Positions 9,382-19,649 of a stretch of 64,000 bases of DNA are shown piece after piece. How positions within the stretch are numbered: position 1 is the stretch's first letter; each line of letters opens with the position of its first letter. This stretch comes from an uncultured Planctomycetales bacterium (GTDB taxonomy: Bacteria > Omnitrophota > Gorgyraeia > Gygaellales > Profunditerraquicolaceae): positions 116-64,115 of the forward strand of contig CAYXSY010000007.1 of NCBI GenBank assembly GCA_964467905.1, written 5' to 3'. Both the position numbers and the translations under genes were made by a program. The notes beneath the pieces were generated by a model, which was given only the letters and a program-made list of their open reading frames with translations, was not told the DNA's origin and searched no databases.

Positions 9382-10665
9382 ATGAAAAAGATTATATATA
9401 TTGTTCTTGAGGGATTAAGTGACCGGCCTATCGGAGATTTTGGCAATAAAACTCCTCTTGAATCAGCGGTTACTTTTAACTTGGATAATTTAGCGCGTCG
9501 TGGAATGTCCGGGTTGTCATATGTCTGCGCAAAGGGAATATCCCCGGAATCTGATATAGCTGTTATAAGCCTATTAGGCTATGATGTGTATAAATATTAT
9601 ACCGGGCGTGGCCCGCTTGAGTCTTTTGCCGAAGGTTTAATTATTAATGACGGAGATGTTGCTTTCAGGGCAAATTTTGCTACTGTTAATGATTCGGGTC
9701 TTATTGAAGACCGCAGAGTAGCCAGAGACCTATCTACTGAAGAGGCTGCCGCACTTACAAAAGAGATTAATTCTAAAATAACTTTATCGGGAGCAACATT
9801 CGAATTCAAAAATACAGTCGGACATCGCGGGGTTTTGGTTTTTAGGGGGATGCGCTCTAAGCTCTCGGGGTGGGTTAATAATACGGATCCTGCTTATGGC
9901 AGGAATGGGGTAATGGGTATAGCCAGAGAAAGATTTGATAATTATGTTATTGAGTCATCTCCTATGCCGGGCTACGAAGATTCGCTTGAAGCAAAAGAAA
10001 CGGCCCAGATCTTAAATGAATTTACCAGAAAAGCCGTGAAAGTCTTAAATGACTCTCAGGTAAACAAAAAGAGGATTAAAGAAAACAGGATTCCCGCTAA
10101 TGCCATACTTTGCCGTGATGGCGGAGACAGGCTTCCGAGATTCCCGCAACTTAGAGAGCTCTATGGTTTGAGATTCGGTTCTTTTGTGAAGATGCCTATA
10201 GAAAAAGGTATTGCTTTTTTGACCGGGATGGAGCTTATCAGCATTCCGGAATCTACAGGCCATCTTGATGTCGACTATGCAGTGTGGGCAAAAATAGCGC
10301 TTACTTCGATATCAGAATATGACGGGATATATATTCACATCAAAAATATCGATGAGGTTTCGCACGACGGAGATTTTAACAAGAAAAAGGAAATTGTCGA
10401 ATATATAGATAAGTTTTTCCTGGCTAATATTTTATCCGGTTTAAATATTTCCGATACTATTATTGCGGTAACATCGGCTCATTCTACCGTGTGTACGCTT
10501 AAAGCGCATTCATCAGATCCGTCACCGTTTTTGATTGCCGGAGGCAGCATTAAGCCCGATAAAGTCGCGGTGTTTTCAGAAAAGGCAGCCAGATCCGGCG
10601 GTTTAGGAGAAATAGAGGCTACAAACATTATGTCTTATCTTGTGCGTTGTGCAAGAGGAGAATAG
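9382..10665 (+). CDS. apgM: cofactor-independent phosphoglycerate mutase, archaeal-type (alkaline-phosphatase superfamily)
   Basis: The length (427 aa) and motifs match the ApgM family as I recall it: LEGLSDRP near the N-terminus, GHRGVLVFRG, and EVSHDGD metal-binding. Confidence 0.7.
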   Translation: MKKIIYIVLEGLSDRPIGDFGNKTPLESAVTFNLDNLARRGMSGLSYVCAKGISPESDIAVISLLGYDVYKYYTGRGPLESFAEGLIINDGDVAFRANFATVNDSGLIEDRRVARDLSTEEAAALTKEINSKITLSGATFEFKNTVGHRGVLVFRGMRSKLSGWVNNTDPAYGRNGVMGIARERFDNYVIESSPMPGYEDSLEAKETAQILNEFTRKAVKVLNDSQVNKKRIKENRIPANAILCRDGGDRLPRFPQLRELYGLRFGSFVKMPIEKGIAFLTGMELISIPESTGHLDVDYAVWAKIALTSISEYDGIYIHIKNIDEVSHDGDFNKKKEIVEYIDKFFLANILSGLNISDTIIAVTSAHSTVCTLKAHSSDPSPFLIAGGSIKPDKVAVFSEKAARSGGLGEIEATNIMSYLVRCARGE

Positions 10666-10688
10666 GTGGGGGTATTTGATAATTGTAT

Positions 10689-12542
10689 ATGGCCAACGAT
10701 TACGATGTCATAATTATAGGAGCAGGTCATGCTGGTATTGAAGCGGCGTTAGCTTCTGCACGCATGGGCTCAAGCACGCTTCTTGTTACCCTGAGCAAAG
10801 ATACTATAGGAGCCATGAGCTGTAATCCGGCAATAGGCGGAGTAGGTAAGGGGCAGCTTGTTAAGGAGATAGGCGCCTTAGGGGGCCAGATGGCAAAAGC
10901 GGCAGATGCCTGCGGTATACAATTTAGAATATTGAATTCTTCCAAAGGGCCGGCTGTGAGGTCTTCACGTTGTCAAATTGATATGCAGTTATACGCTCAT
11001 TATATGCAGGAGGTGGTTAGTTCCCAAAGTAATCTTTCTCTGCTTGAAAGCCAGGTCAAGGGGCTTGAGATATCCGATGGTAAAGTAAGGGGGATAATTA
11101 CATCCGATAATAAGCAGATTTCATGCGCATGCTTAATTATTTGCACCGGGACATTTTTAAACGGAGTGGTACATATAGGGCTTAAACATTTCTCTGCGGG
11201 CCGTATTAATGAGGTATCTTCGGATGATCTCGCTGATAGTATACGCAAGCTCGGCTTTAAGATGCTTAATTTTAAAACCGGGACATGCCCGCGCTTGGAC
11301 AAGAAGACAATAGATTTTTCCTGTCTTACCCCTCAATATGCAGATAGTATCCTTAAGCCGTTTTCTTTTTCTACGCAAGAGATTACAAATAAACAGATTC
11401 CATGTTATATCACATATACCAACGAGAATACGCATAAGATTATCAGGGACAACCTTGACAGATCGCCCCTTTATACCAAAGTTATTAAATCTACCGGGGT
11501 CAGGTATTGTCCGTCTATCGAAGATAAGATTGTGAAGTTTTCTGATAAATTGCGCCATCAGGTGTTTCTTGAGCCACAAGGCTATGATACTGACGAGATT
11601 TATCCTAATGGCCTCTCAACCAGCCTGCCGGAAGATGTGCAGGTTCAGATGGTACATTCGCTAAAGGGGCTTGAAAAAGCGCGGATTATCCGTTTTGGAT
11701 ACGGGATAGAGCATGCGATAATTGAGCCAACGCAGCTTTATCCTACGCTTGAGACGAAGTTAATTAAAAACCTTTATTTTGCAGGCCAGACTAACGGCAC
11801 TACCGGGTATGAAGAGGCAGCTGCTCAAGGATTAATTGCCGGGATTAATGCGTCATTGAGGGTAAGAAATGAGCAGCCGTTTATACTGGATCGCTCCAGT
11901 AGTTATATTGGAGTGTTAATTGATGATTTAACTACCAAAGGCACAAATGAGCCGTATCGGATGTTTACTTCCAGGGTTGAGTACCGTCTTTTATTGAGAG
12001 AAGATAATGCGGACATCCGGCTTGCCAAATTCGGATTTTCTTTAGGGCTTCTGAATAAAAATGATTATTTAAGATTGCAGGAGAAAGAGAAGGAGATTGA
12101 GAAAGCTATTAGTTTGCTTAAGGCAACGCGCATAAAGCCGCTTGAGAGCGTTAACCAAAAATTGAAGAGATTAAACAGTTCTCCTATAAGAAAAGTAGTT
12201 TCCCTTGAAGAGATATTGAAACGTCCACAGATAAGCGTGGATGACCTTAAGGGGTTAAGCGGCATATATTTTGATGTTTCTGATTTTGCTTTGCAAGCTG
12301 CACAAATAGAGGTAAAATATTCAGGATTTATCAAAAGACAGGCTGCAGAGATTGAAAGGTTCAGGAATGTAGAAAAAATCAGGTTGCCTCATGACCTGGA
12401 TTACTCTAAGATCCCCGGCATATCCCGTGAAATAAGAGAAAAGCTTACTAATTTTCGGCCGCTTAACCTCGGCCAGGCAAGCCGTATCTCAGGAGTAACG
12501 CCGGCTGCTATTTCTATATTGATGATTTATCTTAAGCGATAA
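10689..12542 (+). CDS. mnmG: tRNA uridine-5-carboxymethylaminomethyl modification enzyme MnmG/GidA
   Basis: YDVIIIGAGHAGIEAA FAD motif, FAGQTNGTTGYEEAAAQG, and a C-terminal GISREIREKL...GQASRISGVTPAAI. The ORF track starts at TTG 10683, but ATG 10689 is more likely. Confidence 0.92.
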   Translation: MANDYDVIIIGAGHAGIEAALASARMGSSTLLVTLSKDTIGAMSCNPAIGGVGKGQLVKEIGALGGQMAKAADACGIQFRILNSSKGPAVRSSRCQIDMQLYAHYMQEVVSSQSNLSLLESQVKGLEISDGKVRGIITSDNKQISCACLIICTGTFLNGVVHIGLKHFSAGRINEVSSDDLADSIRKLGFKMLNFKTGTCPRLDKKTIDFSCLTPQYADSILKPFSFSTQEITNKQIPCYITYTNENTHKIIRDNLDRSPLYTKVIKSTGVRYCPSIEDKIVKFSDKLRHQVFLEPQGYDTDEIYPNGLSTSLPEDVQVQMVHSLKGLEKARIIRFGYGIEHAIIEPTQLYPTLETKLIKNLYFAGQTNGTTGYEEAAAQGLIAGINASLRVRNEQPFILDRSSSYIGVLIDDLTTKGTNEPYRMFTSRVEYRLLLREDNADIRLAKFGFSLGLLNKNDYLRLQEKEKEIEKAISLLKATRIKPLESVNQKLKRLNSSPIRKVVSLEEILKRPQISVDDLKGLSGIYFDVSDFALQAAQIEVKYSGFIKRQAAEIERFRNVEKIRLPHDLDYSKIPGISREIREKLTNFRPLNLGQASRISGVTPAAISILMIYLKR

Positions 12543-13231
12543 TGGATAAAAAGAAGAATTACCTTGATATAAAAAGATTCTCTTTGAAACAGGGGGCTGA
12601 TCTATTTGGAGTCGCCGATATAAAGAATATTAAGGGAGATTTTGTATTATCTTCTGAATTCTTGGATGGAGTAAACAGTGCTGTCTGTTTAGGTGTGCGT
12701 CTTTCCACAGGAATCTTAAGCCAAATAAACAACGAGCCGAATAAACTTTATTTTCACCACTATCGTACGGCCAATGCTGTTTTAGACCAGCTTGCTTTTA
12801 AATTGAGTAATTATATGCAGGATAAGGGTTATTTAGCTTTAGCAATACCGGCTTCGCAGATTCTTGATTGGCAGAATCAGAAGGCGCATCTTTCGCATAA
12901 GAAATTAGGAGTTTTGGCGGGGTTAGGCTGGATAGGTAGAAATAATCTTTTAGTTAACCCTAAACTCGGGAGCCGCCTACGTTTAGTCTCCATATTGACA
13001 AATATGCCTTTAAAGGTTGATAAACCTCTGACTTATGGATGCGGAAGCTGCCGTTTATGTATTAACGTGTGTCCGGCGCAGGCTATAAAAGATGAGCCGG
13101 AGGGTTTTGATCACATAAAATGTTTTGAGAAGTTAAAGGAGTTCCAGAGGCAGAAGTTAGTTGATCAATATATATGCGGCGTATGTGTGAATGTGTGTAA
13201 AGGAACCGGGAAGCATAAGGTAAATAAATGA
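12542..13231 (+). CDS. QueG-like 4Fe-4S protein (short epoxyqueuosine-reductase family member)
   Basis: GLGWIGRNNLLVNPKLGSRLRLVSILT, plus CGSCRLCINVCP and CGVCVNVC ferredoxin motifs. It is shorter than canonical QueG. The start overlaps the mnmG stop by 1 nt. Confidence 0.55.
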   Translation: MDKKKNYLDIKRFSLKQGADLFGVADIKNIKGDFVLSSEFLDGVNSAVCLGVRLSTGILSQINNEPNKLYFHHYRTANAVLDQLAFKLSNYMQDKGYLALAIPASQILDWQNQKAHLSHKKLGVLAGLGWIGRNNLLVNPKLGSRLRLVSILTNMPLKVDKPLTYGCGSCRLCINVCPAQAIKDEPEGFDHIKCFEKLKEFQRQKLVDQYICGVCVNVCKGTGKHKVNK

Positions 13232-14211
13232 ACATATTATTGATTCTCTTGACTTTAGTAATGAGCATAGGAGTCGGCTGGTCTATCGGCGCCAACGACG
13301 CAGCCAATTCGTTAGGCACGGCTGTCGGTTCGCGCGTGCTCACTCTTAAAAGGGCAATTATCTTAATCTGCGTTTTTGGTTTTATCGGAGCTTTTCTACA
13401 GGGCTCGCATGTTGCCAAGACCATCGGCAAGGGCATTGTGCCGTTAGATCAGCTGGATAAGAACCTGTCTTTATATATAGCCTTAATTGCTTCTTTCGCC
13501 GCCTGCGTATGGGTAGTCATAGCGACTTCCTGGAAAATACCGATTTCTACGAGCCATTCTATAGTAGGGGCAGTAGCCGGTGCAGGGCTTGCGGCCGGGG
13601 CAACAGTAAAATGGAAAGTACTTTTTGATATATTCATCTGTTGGATATTCACGCCTTTGGGTTCGGCTGTTTTAGGCTTTATCTTCTATCAGATCTTTAA
13701 AAGTTTATTCTATAGGTTTGTCCCGCGTAAATATTTAAAATCAAGTCTGGCGGTTTTAATTATTATAAGCGGCTGCTATGTTGCATATTCCTGGGGGGCT
13801 AATGATGTTGCTAATGCAACTGGGGTGATGGTCGGGGCAGGGGTTTTTACTCCTACTGTAAGCATCGTTATAGGTGCGGCAGCCATATTGTTGGGTATTC
13901 TCACCTGGGGTTATAAGGTTATTGAGACTATAGGTTCGGAAATAACCCATCTTTTACCGATAATGGCTTTTGCTGCGCAGCTAGCCAGCGCAGTTAATGT
14001 GCATATATATACTATTTTAGGGGTGCCGGTTTCTACGAGCCACTCTATTGTCGGGGCAATTTTTGGTGTCGGCTTAGTCAGAGGTTTACATGTTCTAAAC
14101 GTGAGAATAATCAAAGATATAGTTATCTGCTGGCTGGCCACGCCTTTTATTTCAGGGGTGATAAGTTTTATTGCACTTAAGTTAATAATGATTTTTGTAA
14201 AAATTACGTAA
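13228..14211 (+). CDS. PiT-family inorganic phosphate transporter
   Basis: Duplicated GANDAANS / GANDVANA signatures and about 10 hydrophobic helices. ATGA overlap with the upstream gene. Confidence 0.88.
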   Translation: MNILLILLTLVMSIGVGWSIGANDAANSLGTAVGSRVLTLKRAIILICVFGFIGAFLQGSHVAKTIGKGIVPLDQLDKNLSLYIALIASFAACVWVVIATSWKIPISTSHSIVGAVAGAGLAAGATVKWKVLFDIFICWIFTPLGSAVLGFIFYQIFKSLFYRFVPRKYLKSSLAVLIIISGCYVAYSWGANDVANATGVMVGAGVFTPTVSIVIGAAAILLGILTWGYKVIETIGSEITHLLPIMAFAAQLASAVNVHIYTILGVPVSTSHSIVGAIFGVGLVRGLHVLNVRIIKDIVICWLATPFISGVISFIALKLIMIFVKIT

Positions 14212-14226
14212 GAGGAGGGTAAAGAT

Positions 14227-14895
14227 ATGAAAGAGGTAAGGAATATTTTAGGTTGGTTAGGTATGGCTGAAGAGCAGTCTATTCTGCAGGATGCCCAGAA
14301 ACACGTTGAGGAAACCTACCGCACCGTTGGTTATTTTGCCGAAGCAGTACAGGTTTTTATTAAAGGGGATGCTGCGGCTAAGGCCTTGGCTATAGATAAG
14401 GTCGGCAAGAGCGAACACGAAGCAGATATATTGCGTTCTAAAATGGTTAAGGAGCTTTCTGAAAGTTTATTATTGCCTCCGGACAGGGAGGACCTGATGC
14501 ATTTTGTGAAGACATTGGATAAAATCGCAGACTGGACTAATGGTGCTGCGCGCATATTGGGTTTTATTGAGAAGAAGCTCCCTGAAAATGTGCTTAATAA
14601 TGTTTCTTCTGCCACCGAGTTAATAGTTAATTCCATATCCAAGCTTAAAGAATCAATACACGCTCTTACTAAGAACGATTTAAAAAAAGCCCTTGCTGAT
14701 TGTGAAGAGGTAGATAGAATTGAACATCAGGCAGACGATCAGAAAAAATCACTGATAGAGTCAATTATACACAGCAACCTTGACCCTACGAGCCTGCTTT
14801 TGTCATATCAGCTGGCGGAGTATCTTGAAGGTGTAACTGACAAGATAGAAGATGCGGCTGATTTTATTAAGGTTGTGGCTATAAAATCAAGATAA
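14227..14895 (+). CDS. DUF47 / PhoU-like accessory protein of PiT transporters
   Basis: An all-helical 222-aa protein immediately downstream of PiT, which is a conserved pairing. It has repeated E..AD motifs (EHEADILRSK, EHQADDQKKS). Confidence 0.7.
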   Translation: MKEVRNILGWLGMAEEQSILQDAQKHVEETYRTVGYFAEAVQVFIKGDAAAKALAIDKVGKSEHEADILRSKMVKELSESLLLPPDREDLMHFVKTLDKIADWTNGAARILGFIEKKLPENVLNNVSSATELIVNSISKLKESIHALTKNDLKKALADCEEVDRIEHQADDQKKSLIESIIHSNLDPTSLLLSYQLAEYLEGVTDKIEDAADFIKVVAIKSR

Positions 14896-14915
14896 ATGGT
14901 GAGGCAAGATATTGC

Positions 14916-15698
14916 ATGAATAATAAATTATTAGTAACGGTTTTTATGGTTATTATTGTCCCAGGTATTTTGTATGCTGAGACACTCGTATTAAAATCCG
15001 GTAAAGAGATACCTTGCAAGGTGATAGAAAAGACTGCAGATTATGTAAAAGTTGAGTTTGAAGGCAAGGAGATTTATTACGAGAATAAGTATGTAAAAGA
15101 AATAAAAGATGATAATAACTTAAGGCAGCAGAGTAATATTAAAGAGCAATACCCAGAAGAAAACGACCCTATTTTAAAGAAGGCCCTTGAATATGGTTCA
15201 CAAGGCAGGTTCTTGGATGCAAGAAAAGAATTGGAGAGGGCTTCAGCAGATAGTGATCCAAATATTAAAGGTGCGTTGGATATTCTTGATAGCTTAGATA
15301 AAAGAGAGATAAGCTCTGATTATGCCTTAAATCTTTTCAAGGGGTCGTATGCATTAATGCAGCAAGATTATCCTGCGGCTATAGCCAGCCTTGAGAAAAT
15401 ATTAAGCTTGTCCAAGGACGATATGGACGTTTATTATAACCTGGGGGTGGCGTATTATTATTCCGGCGATTTTAACAAGGCGATAGAATATCTGAATAAA
15501 CTGCTTAAGTTAAATCCGGATGACTCCGAGACGCGTGGTCTTATCGGTAATGCCTATTACATGAATGGCCAGTATGATAAGGCAAAAGAGAATTTTATTA
15601 TCGCCAGAGATTTATTCCGCAGGCAGGGCGATACATATTCCGCAGAAGAGGTTGAGAGTTTGCTAAATGAAATCTCCAAGAAAGATAAGTCTTCCTGA
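14916..15698 (+). CDS. secreted TPR repeat protein
   Basis: Signal peptide, then TPR consensus stretches (YYNLGVAYYYSGDFNKAIEYLNKLLKLNPDD). Confidence 0.65.
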   Translation: MNNKLLVTVFMVIIVPGILYAETLVLKSGKEIPCKVIEKTADYVKVEFEGKEIYYENKYVKEIKDDNNLRQQSNIKEQYPEENDPILKKALEYGSQGRFLDARKELERASADSDPNIKGALDILDSLDKREISSDYALNLFKGSYALMQQDYPAAIASLEKILSLSKDDMDVYYNLGVAYYYSGDFNKAIEYLNKLLKLNPDDSETRGLIGNAYYMNGQYDKAKENFIIARDLFRRQGDTYSAEEVESLLNEISKKDKSS

Positions 15699-16554
15699 TA
15701 GGCGCTGTCCACAGACCCAAAAACAAAGAATATTTATACTTCTGATTTTATTGGTGCTTGTTATTCTAGGGGAAGCCCCTTGTCAGCAGCAATGTAAGAC
15801 GGCCGGTGAGGGGTTAAGTTTTGCTGCAAGCGGAGATTTCGCCGGTGCTAAAGAAATATTCAATGCGGCGCTTAAATGTAATGCCAAGGATGATACTTCC
15901 AGAAGCTCTCTTGAGCTGATAAATGATTTTGATACAAATAAAATAAATAGCGAATATGCTATTTCTTTGTTTAAATCCCTAGACTATTTCTATAAAGGCA
16001 TGCATCAGGATGCTATTGCAGAATTAAGCGCGTCAATAAAGACTTACCCTGATTATCCGCGCGGATATAATATATTAGGGATGTTTTATGCGGTTTCAGG
16101 CAGAAATGACCTGGCCGAAGAATCTTTTCGTAAAGCAGTAGATATAGATTCTAATTACGCCAAGGCCTATTATAATCTGGCTTGTTTGTGCCAGGCTCAG
16201 AATAAGGCAGATGAGGCCGTGAAGTATTTCCAAAAGGCAGCCGATTTAAGCCGCGATTTGGGAGGGGCAAGTTATTCCGGCATAGCTTCTATTTATGCAT
16301 CTTCAGGCAAGATAAAAGAGGCCTTAGAATATTATAATAAGGCCTCTGAATACGAGCCGTATAACCCGACGATCCAGTATCAATCCGGGCTGCTTTATCT
16401 TATGGAAGACGATTATGCCAATTCAAAGTACAGGCTGGAGAAGGCCGCCGTCTTGTACGAATTTAATAACGATCAAGAAGGCCTGGCAAGGGCACAGGCA
16501 TATCTTATGAAAATAGATGAAATTAATAGTTTAGGTAATCAGCCGAGCCAATAG
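15667..16554 (+). CDS. membrane-anchored TPR repeat protein
   Basis: TM/signal segment RIFILLILLVLVILG. TPR motifs (YNILGMFYAVSGRNDLAEESFRKAVDIDSNYAKAYYNLA). Overlaps the previous gene by 32 nt. Confidence 0.6.
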   Translation: MKSPRKISLPDRRCPQTQKQRIFILLILLVLVILGEAPCQQQCKTAGEGLSFAASGDFAGAKEIFNAALKCNAKDDTSRSSLELINDFDTNKINSEYAISLFKSLDYFYKGMHQDAIAELSASIKTYPDYPRGYNILGMFYAVSGRNDLAEESFRKAVDIDSNYAKAYYNLACLCQAQNKADEAVKYFQKAADLSRDLGGASYSGIASIYASSGKIKEALEYYNKASEYEPYNPTIQYQSGLLYLMEDDYANSKYRLEKAAVLYEFNNDQEGLARAQAYLMKIDEINSLGNQPSQ

Positions 16555-16558
16555 TGTT

Positions 16559-17037
16559 ATGTTTAGAAAGATTGTATTTATTTTATATCTTGTATTATTT
16601 ATCCACGCATATTCTTACGCTTTCCAATTTGAGAATTATGCCTGGGGTCAATCTATAGAAGAATCCAAGGAGTTGTTAAGAAAGTCAAACAAAGCCTTAG
16701 TTTATGCAGGCAGCGAGAAGATATCCTATAGAGATACTATTTCTGGCGAGCTTTCACAAGTAAATCTTTTCTTTACCTCTAAGAGTCAGCTGCTTTTTAT
16801 GGTTCAGATATTGTTTGAAGAATATTCGGCAGCTGAAAAGTTCAGAGATATTTTGGCTAAAATACACGGCCGCCTATCAAAGAATCTTCTGATTTAGATA
16901 GGTATATATGGATTGATGATTCAGGGTGTGTAATTGGCTTAAGCTATGGTCAGGGCAAGGCCGAGCTTATTTATTCTGCAGGCGATTCCCCTCAGGATGG
17001 CACAAAAGCGGGGAGCGCAGCAGATTTCCTTAATTAG
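16559..17037 (+). pseudogene. small secreted protein gene interrupted by a frameshift near 16864-16873
   Basis: The ORF 16559-16897 stops at ...KIHGRLSKNLLI*. The frame shifted by 2 nt is open from about 16861 to TAG 17035-17037 and reads ...PPIKESSDLDRYIWIDDSGCVIGLSYGQGKAELIYSAGDSPQDG..., which looks like a natural continuation. The switch point is the GC run cacggccgcc. Confidence 0.45.
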
Positions 17038-17051
17038 GCAGCATTATACCC

Positions 17052-17079
17052 TTGACCATGAATCTAGATATGCTAATAT
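17052..17079 (+). promoter_or_regulatory. sigma70-type promoter for nadE
   Basis: TTGACC (17052-17057), 16-nt spacer, TGcTAATAT (17071-17079). Confidence 0.5.
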
Positions 17080-17130
17080 ATAATTTTAGATTTTACATTC
17101 CTTTAGCTTTATATAGTATAGTTAATATAT

Positions 17131-17856
17131 ATGAAAAATAAGATTATAGCTTGGATTAAAGAACAGGTGAGGCAATCGGGAGCAAAAGGCATTGTTATGG
17201 GGCTTTCTGGCGGCATTGATTCTAGCGTAGTCGCTGCGCTAGTCAAGGAAGCGATCGGGGAGAAACGTCTTTTCGGGCTGTTCCTGCCTTGCCATAGCCA
17301 CGGCCAGGACCTAGAGGACGCCAGGCTTATTGCAAGGAAGCTAAAGATAAAAACTAAATTAATCGATCTTTCTTCTGTTTATGATGGCCTACTGAAACTG
17401 TTGCCTGCAGCCGGTAGCTTAGCTAAAGCGAATCTAAAGCCCCGGCTTAGAATGATTACGTTGTATTATTTTGCCAATAAACTTAATTATCTGGTTTGCG
17501 GTACGGGGAATAAATCGGAACTAATGGCAGGATATTTTACTAAACACGGCGACGGGGCTACGGATTTATTACCTATAGGCGGCCTGTTAAAGAAGGATGT
17601 CAGGAAATTAGCAGTCGAGCTTAATATCCCCAAGCGCATAATTGATAAGGCGCCCAGTGCCGGTTTATGGATTGGCCAAACTGACGAAGACGAGATGGGG
17701 ATTAGTTATACAGATCTGGATAATATATTGACTAGTATCGAGTGTGGGAGTAGGCTTAAAGATAGCAGTAAAGTGTGCAGGGTAAGGAAAATGATTGAAA
17801 AATCCGGGCATAAGCGGCAGGGGCCAAAAGTTTTTTATCTTAAAAAAGGGGGCTAA
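17131..17856 (+). CDS. nadE: ammonia-dependent NAD+ synthetase
   Basis: SGGIDSS PP-loop and a short (241 aa) NadE architecture with no glutaminase domain. Confidence 0.88.
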   Translation: MKNKIIAWIKEQVRQSGAKGIVMGLSGGIDSSVVAALVKEAIGEKRLFGLFLPCHSHGQDLEDARLIARKLKIKTKLIDLSSVYDGLLKLLPAAGSLAKANLKPRLRMITLYYFANKLNYLVCGTGNKSELMAGYFTKHGDGATDLLPIGGLLKKDVRKLAVELNIPKRIIDKAPSAGLWIGQTDEDEMGISYTDLDNILTSIECGSRLKDSSKVCRVRKMIEKSGHKRQGPKVFYLKKGG

Positions 17857-17858
17857 GT

Positions 17859-18344
17859 ATGGATCAGATATTGGAAATATTGGAGAAAGACGCGCGCAGG
17901 ACTCCCGAGGAAATATCCAAGATGATTAGAAAAAAGCCACAGGTTATCAGGGGCATGATAAAGAAGTATGAAAAAGATGGGGTTATTTTAAGATATAAGA
18001 CGGTATTGAATAAAGATTTAGTCAGGGAAAATGATTCAGGGGTAAGGGCACTTATCGAGGTTAATATTACCCCGCAGAAGGATTTAGGTTTTGACCGTAT
18101 AGCCGAAAGGATTTATTCATTTCCGGAAGTTTCCAGTTGCTATCTTATTTCCGGTACATATGATTTGCTCCTTATTGTGGAAGGCAAGGACCTGCATACC
18201 GTTGCCAGATTTGTCGCAGAAAAGTTAGCTCCGCTTGAGAATGTGCGCGGAACCGCCACCCATTTTTTGCTTAAGAAATACAAAGAAGACGGCGTAATTC
18301 TAAAACATAAAGAAGAAAACAAGAGGATTGCAATATCATATTAA
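17859..18344 (+). CDS. Lrp/AsnC-family transcriptional regulator
   Basis: N-terminal HTH (ILEILEKDARRTPEEISKMI) plus a C-terminal RAM/AsnC ligand domain. Adjacent to an aminotransferase. Confidence 0.75.
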   Translation: MDQILEILEKDARRTPEEISKMIRKKPQVIRGMIKKYEKDGVILRYKTVLNKDLVRENDSGVRALIEVNITPQKDLGFDRIAERIYSFPEVSSCYLISGTYDLLLIVEGKDLHTVARFVAEKLAPLENVRGTATHFLLKKYKEDGVILKHKEENKRIAISY

Positions 18345-18460
18345 GTCTTAAATCTTAAGACCATAAACTCTAAGCTCTAAGCTTTTATTTTGTGTTTTGG
18401 ATTCTTGCTTGCCGGCAGGCAGGTGTTTAGGATTTAGTGTTTAAAATTTAAAGTTCTGCC

Positions 18461-19615
18461 ATGAAAACTATTATTGCTAAAAAAGTACAGGATATGCAAC
18501 CATCCGGCATCAGGGCATTTTTTGACCTGGTGCTTGGGATGAAGGATGTAATCTCTCTGGGCGTAGGCGAGCCGGATTTTGTGACCCCCTGGGCGGTACG
18601 CGAGGCAGGTATATCATCTTTAGAAGAAGGGTTCACAAGCTATACTTCTAACAAAGGGCTCTATAAGTTAAGGTTAGGTATCAGTCGTTCTTTAAGGAAT
18701 CGCTATGATATTGAATATTGCCCCGATGAAGAGATTCTAATAACGGTAGGGGTAAGTGAGGCGGTAGATTTGGCTTTGCGTTCCATTATCAACCCTAAAG
18801 ACAAGGTGCTCGTGCCGACTCCCAGCTATGTATCTTATGGCCCAATGACGGAGCTTACCGGGGGAGAGGCAGTTTATATTGATACAAGAAGCACGCATTT
18901 TAAGCTGACCCCGAAATTGCTTAATAAGTATGTGCATCTTAGGCCTAAGGCAATTATATTTAATTATCCGGTCAATCCTACTGGTGTTTCTTATACAAGA
19001 GCCGAGCTTAAGGAAATAAATAAAGTTTTACTTAAGCACAAAATATTTTGTATTACCGATGAGGTATATGCAGACTTGACCTATGATTTTGAACATACTC
19101 CTTTTGTTACTTTGCCGGGAGCAAAAGATAACACCTTATATTTAAACGGTTTTTCTAAATCTTATGCTATGACAGGATGGCGCGTAGGCTATGCCTGCGG
19201 CCCCAAAGAGATAATTGCGGCTATGACTAAGATACATCAGTATACAATAATGTGTGTTTCCATAACTTCGCAGATGGCAGCATCTGAAGCAATACATATA
19301 GGCAAAAAGTCGGTTGAGGAGATGAAGCGGGAGTATAAACGCAGACGTGAATTTATTGTAGATGGGCTTTGTCGCATAGGATTATCTTGTAAAAAACCGC
19401 AAGGCGCGTTTTACGCTTTCCCCTCGATAAAGAGCACCGGGCTATCCTCTCTGGAATTCGCTAAAAGACTTTTAAACAAAGAAAAAGTTGCGCTTGTCCC
19501 GGGGACTGCTTTTGGCCAGAATTATGATGATTACGTGCGTATCTCTTATGCTTCGAGTTTCGAGAATCTTAAAGAAGCTTTATTGCGCATAGAGAGGTTT
19601 ATAAAAAGTACCTGA
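18461..19615 (+). CDS. class I/II PLP-dependent (aspartate-type) aminotransferase
   Basis: NPTG and the SKSYAMTGWRVGY Lys-PLP motif, with fold type I length. Confidence 0.85.
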   Translation: MKTIIAKKVQDMQPSGIRAFFDLVLGMKDVISLGVGEPDFVTPWAVREAGISSLEEGFTSYTSNKGLYKLRLGISRSLRNRYDIEYCPDEEILITVGVSEAVDLALRSIINPKDKVLVPTPSYVSYGPMTELTGGEAVYIDTRSTHFKLTPKLLNKYVHLRPKAIIFNYPVNPTGVSYTRAELKEINKVLLKHKIFCITDEVYADLTYDFEHTPFVTLPGAKDNTLYLNGFSKSYAMTGWRVGYACGPKEIIAAMTKIHQYTIMCVSITSQMAASEAIHIGKKSVEEMKREYKRRREFIVDGLCRIGLSCKKPQGAFYAFPSIKSTGLSSLEFAKRLLNKEKVALVPGTAFGQNYDDYVRISYASSFENLKEALLRIERFIKST

Positions 19616-19649
19616 TAGGAGCCGGCGGGACTGTTTCCTGGTATTTATT

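Noticed and set aside
18345-18397. An inverted repeat GTCTTAA-ATC-TTAAGAC right after the Lrp/AsnC gene, plus the direct repeat CTCTAAG CTCTAAG.
   Set aside because: It contains the AAGAC/GTCTT words in the opposite order to the class-2 hairpins, with a 3-nt loop. It is most simply read as part of the weak terminator region (AAGCT-CTA-AGCTT + TTATTTT, 18376-18397) and not as a member of the regulon.
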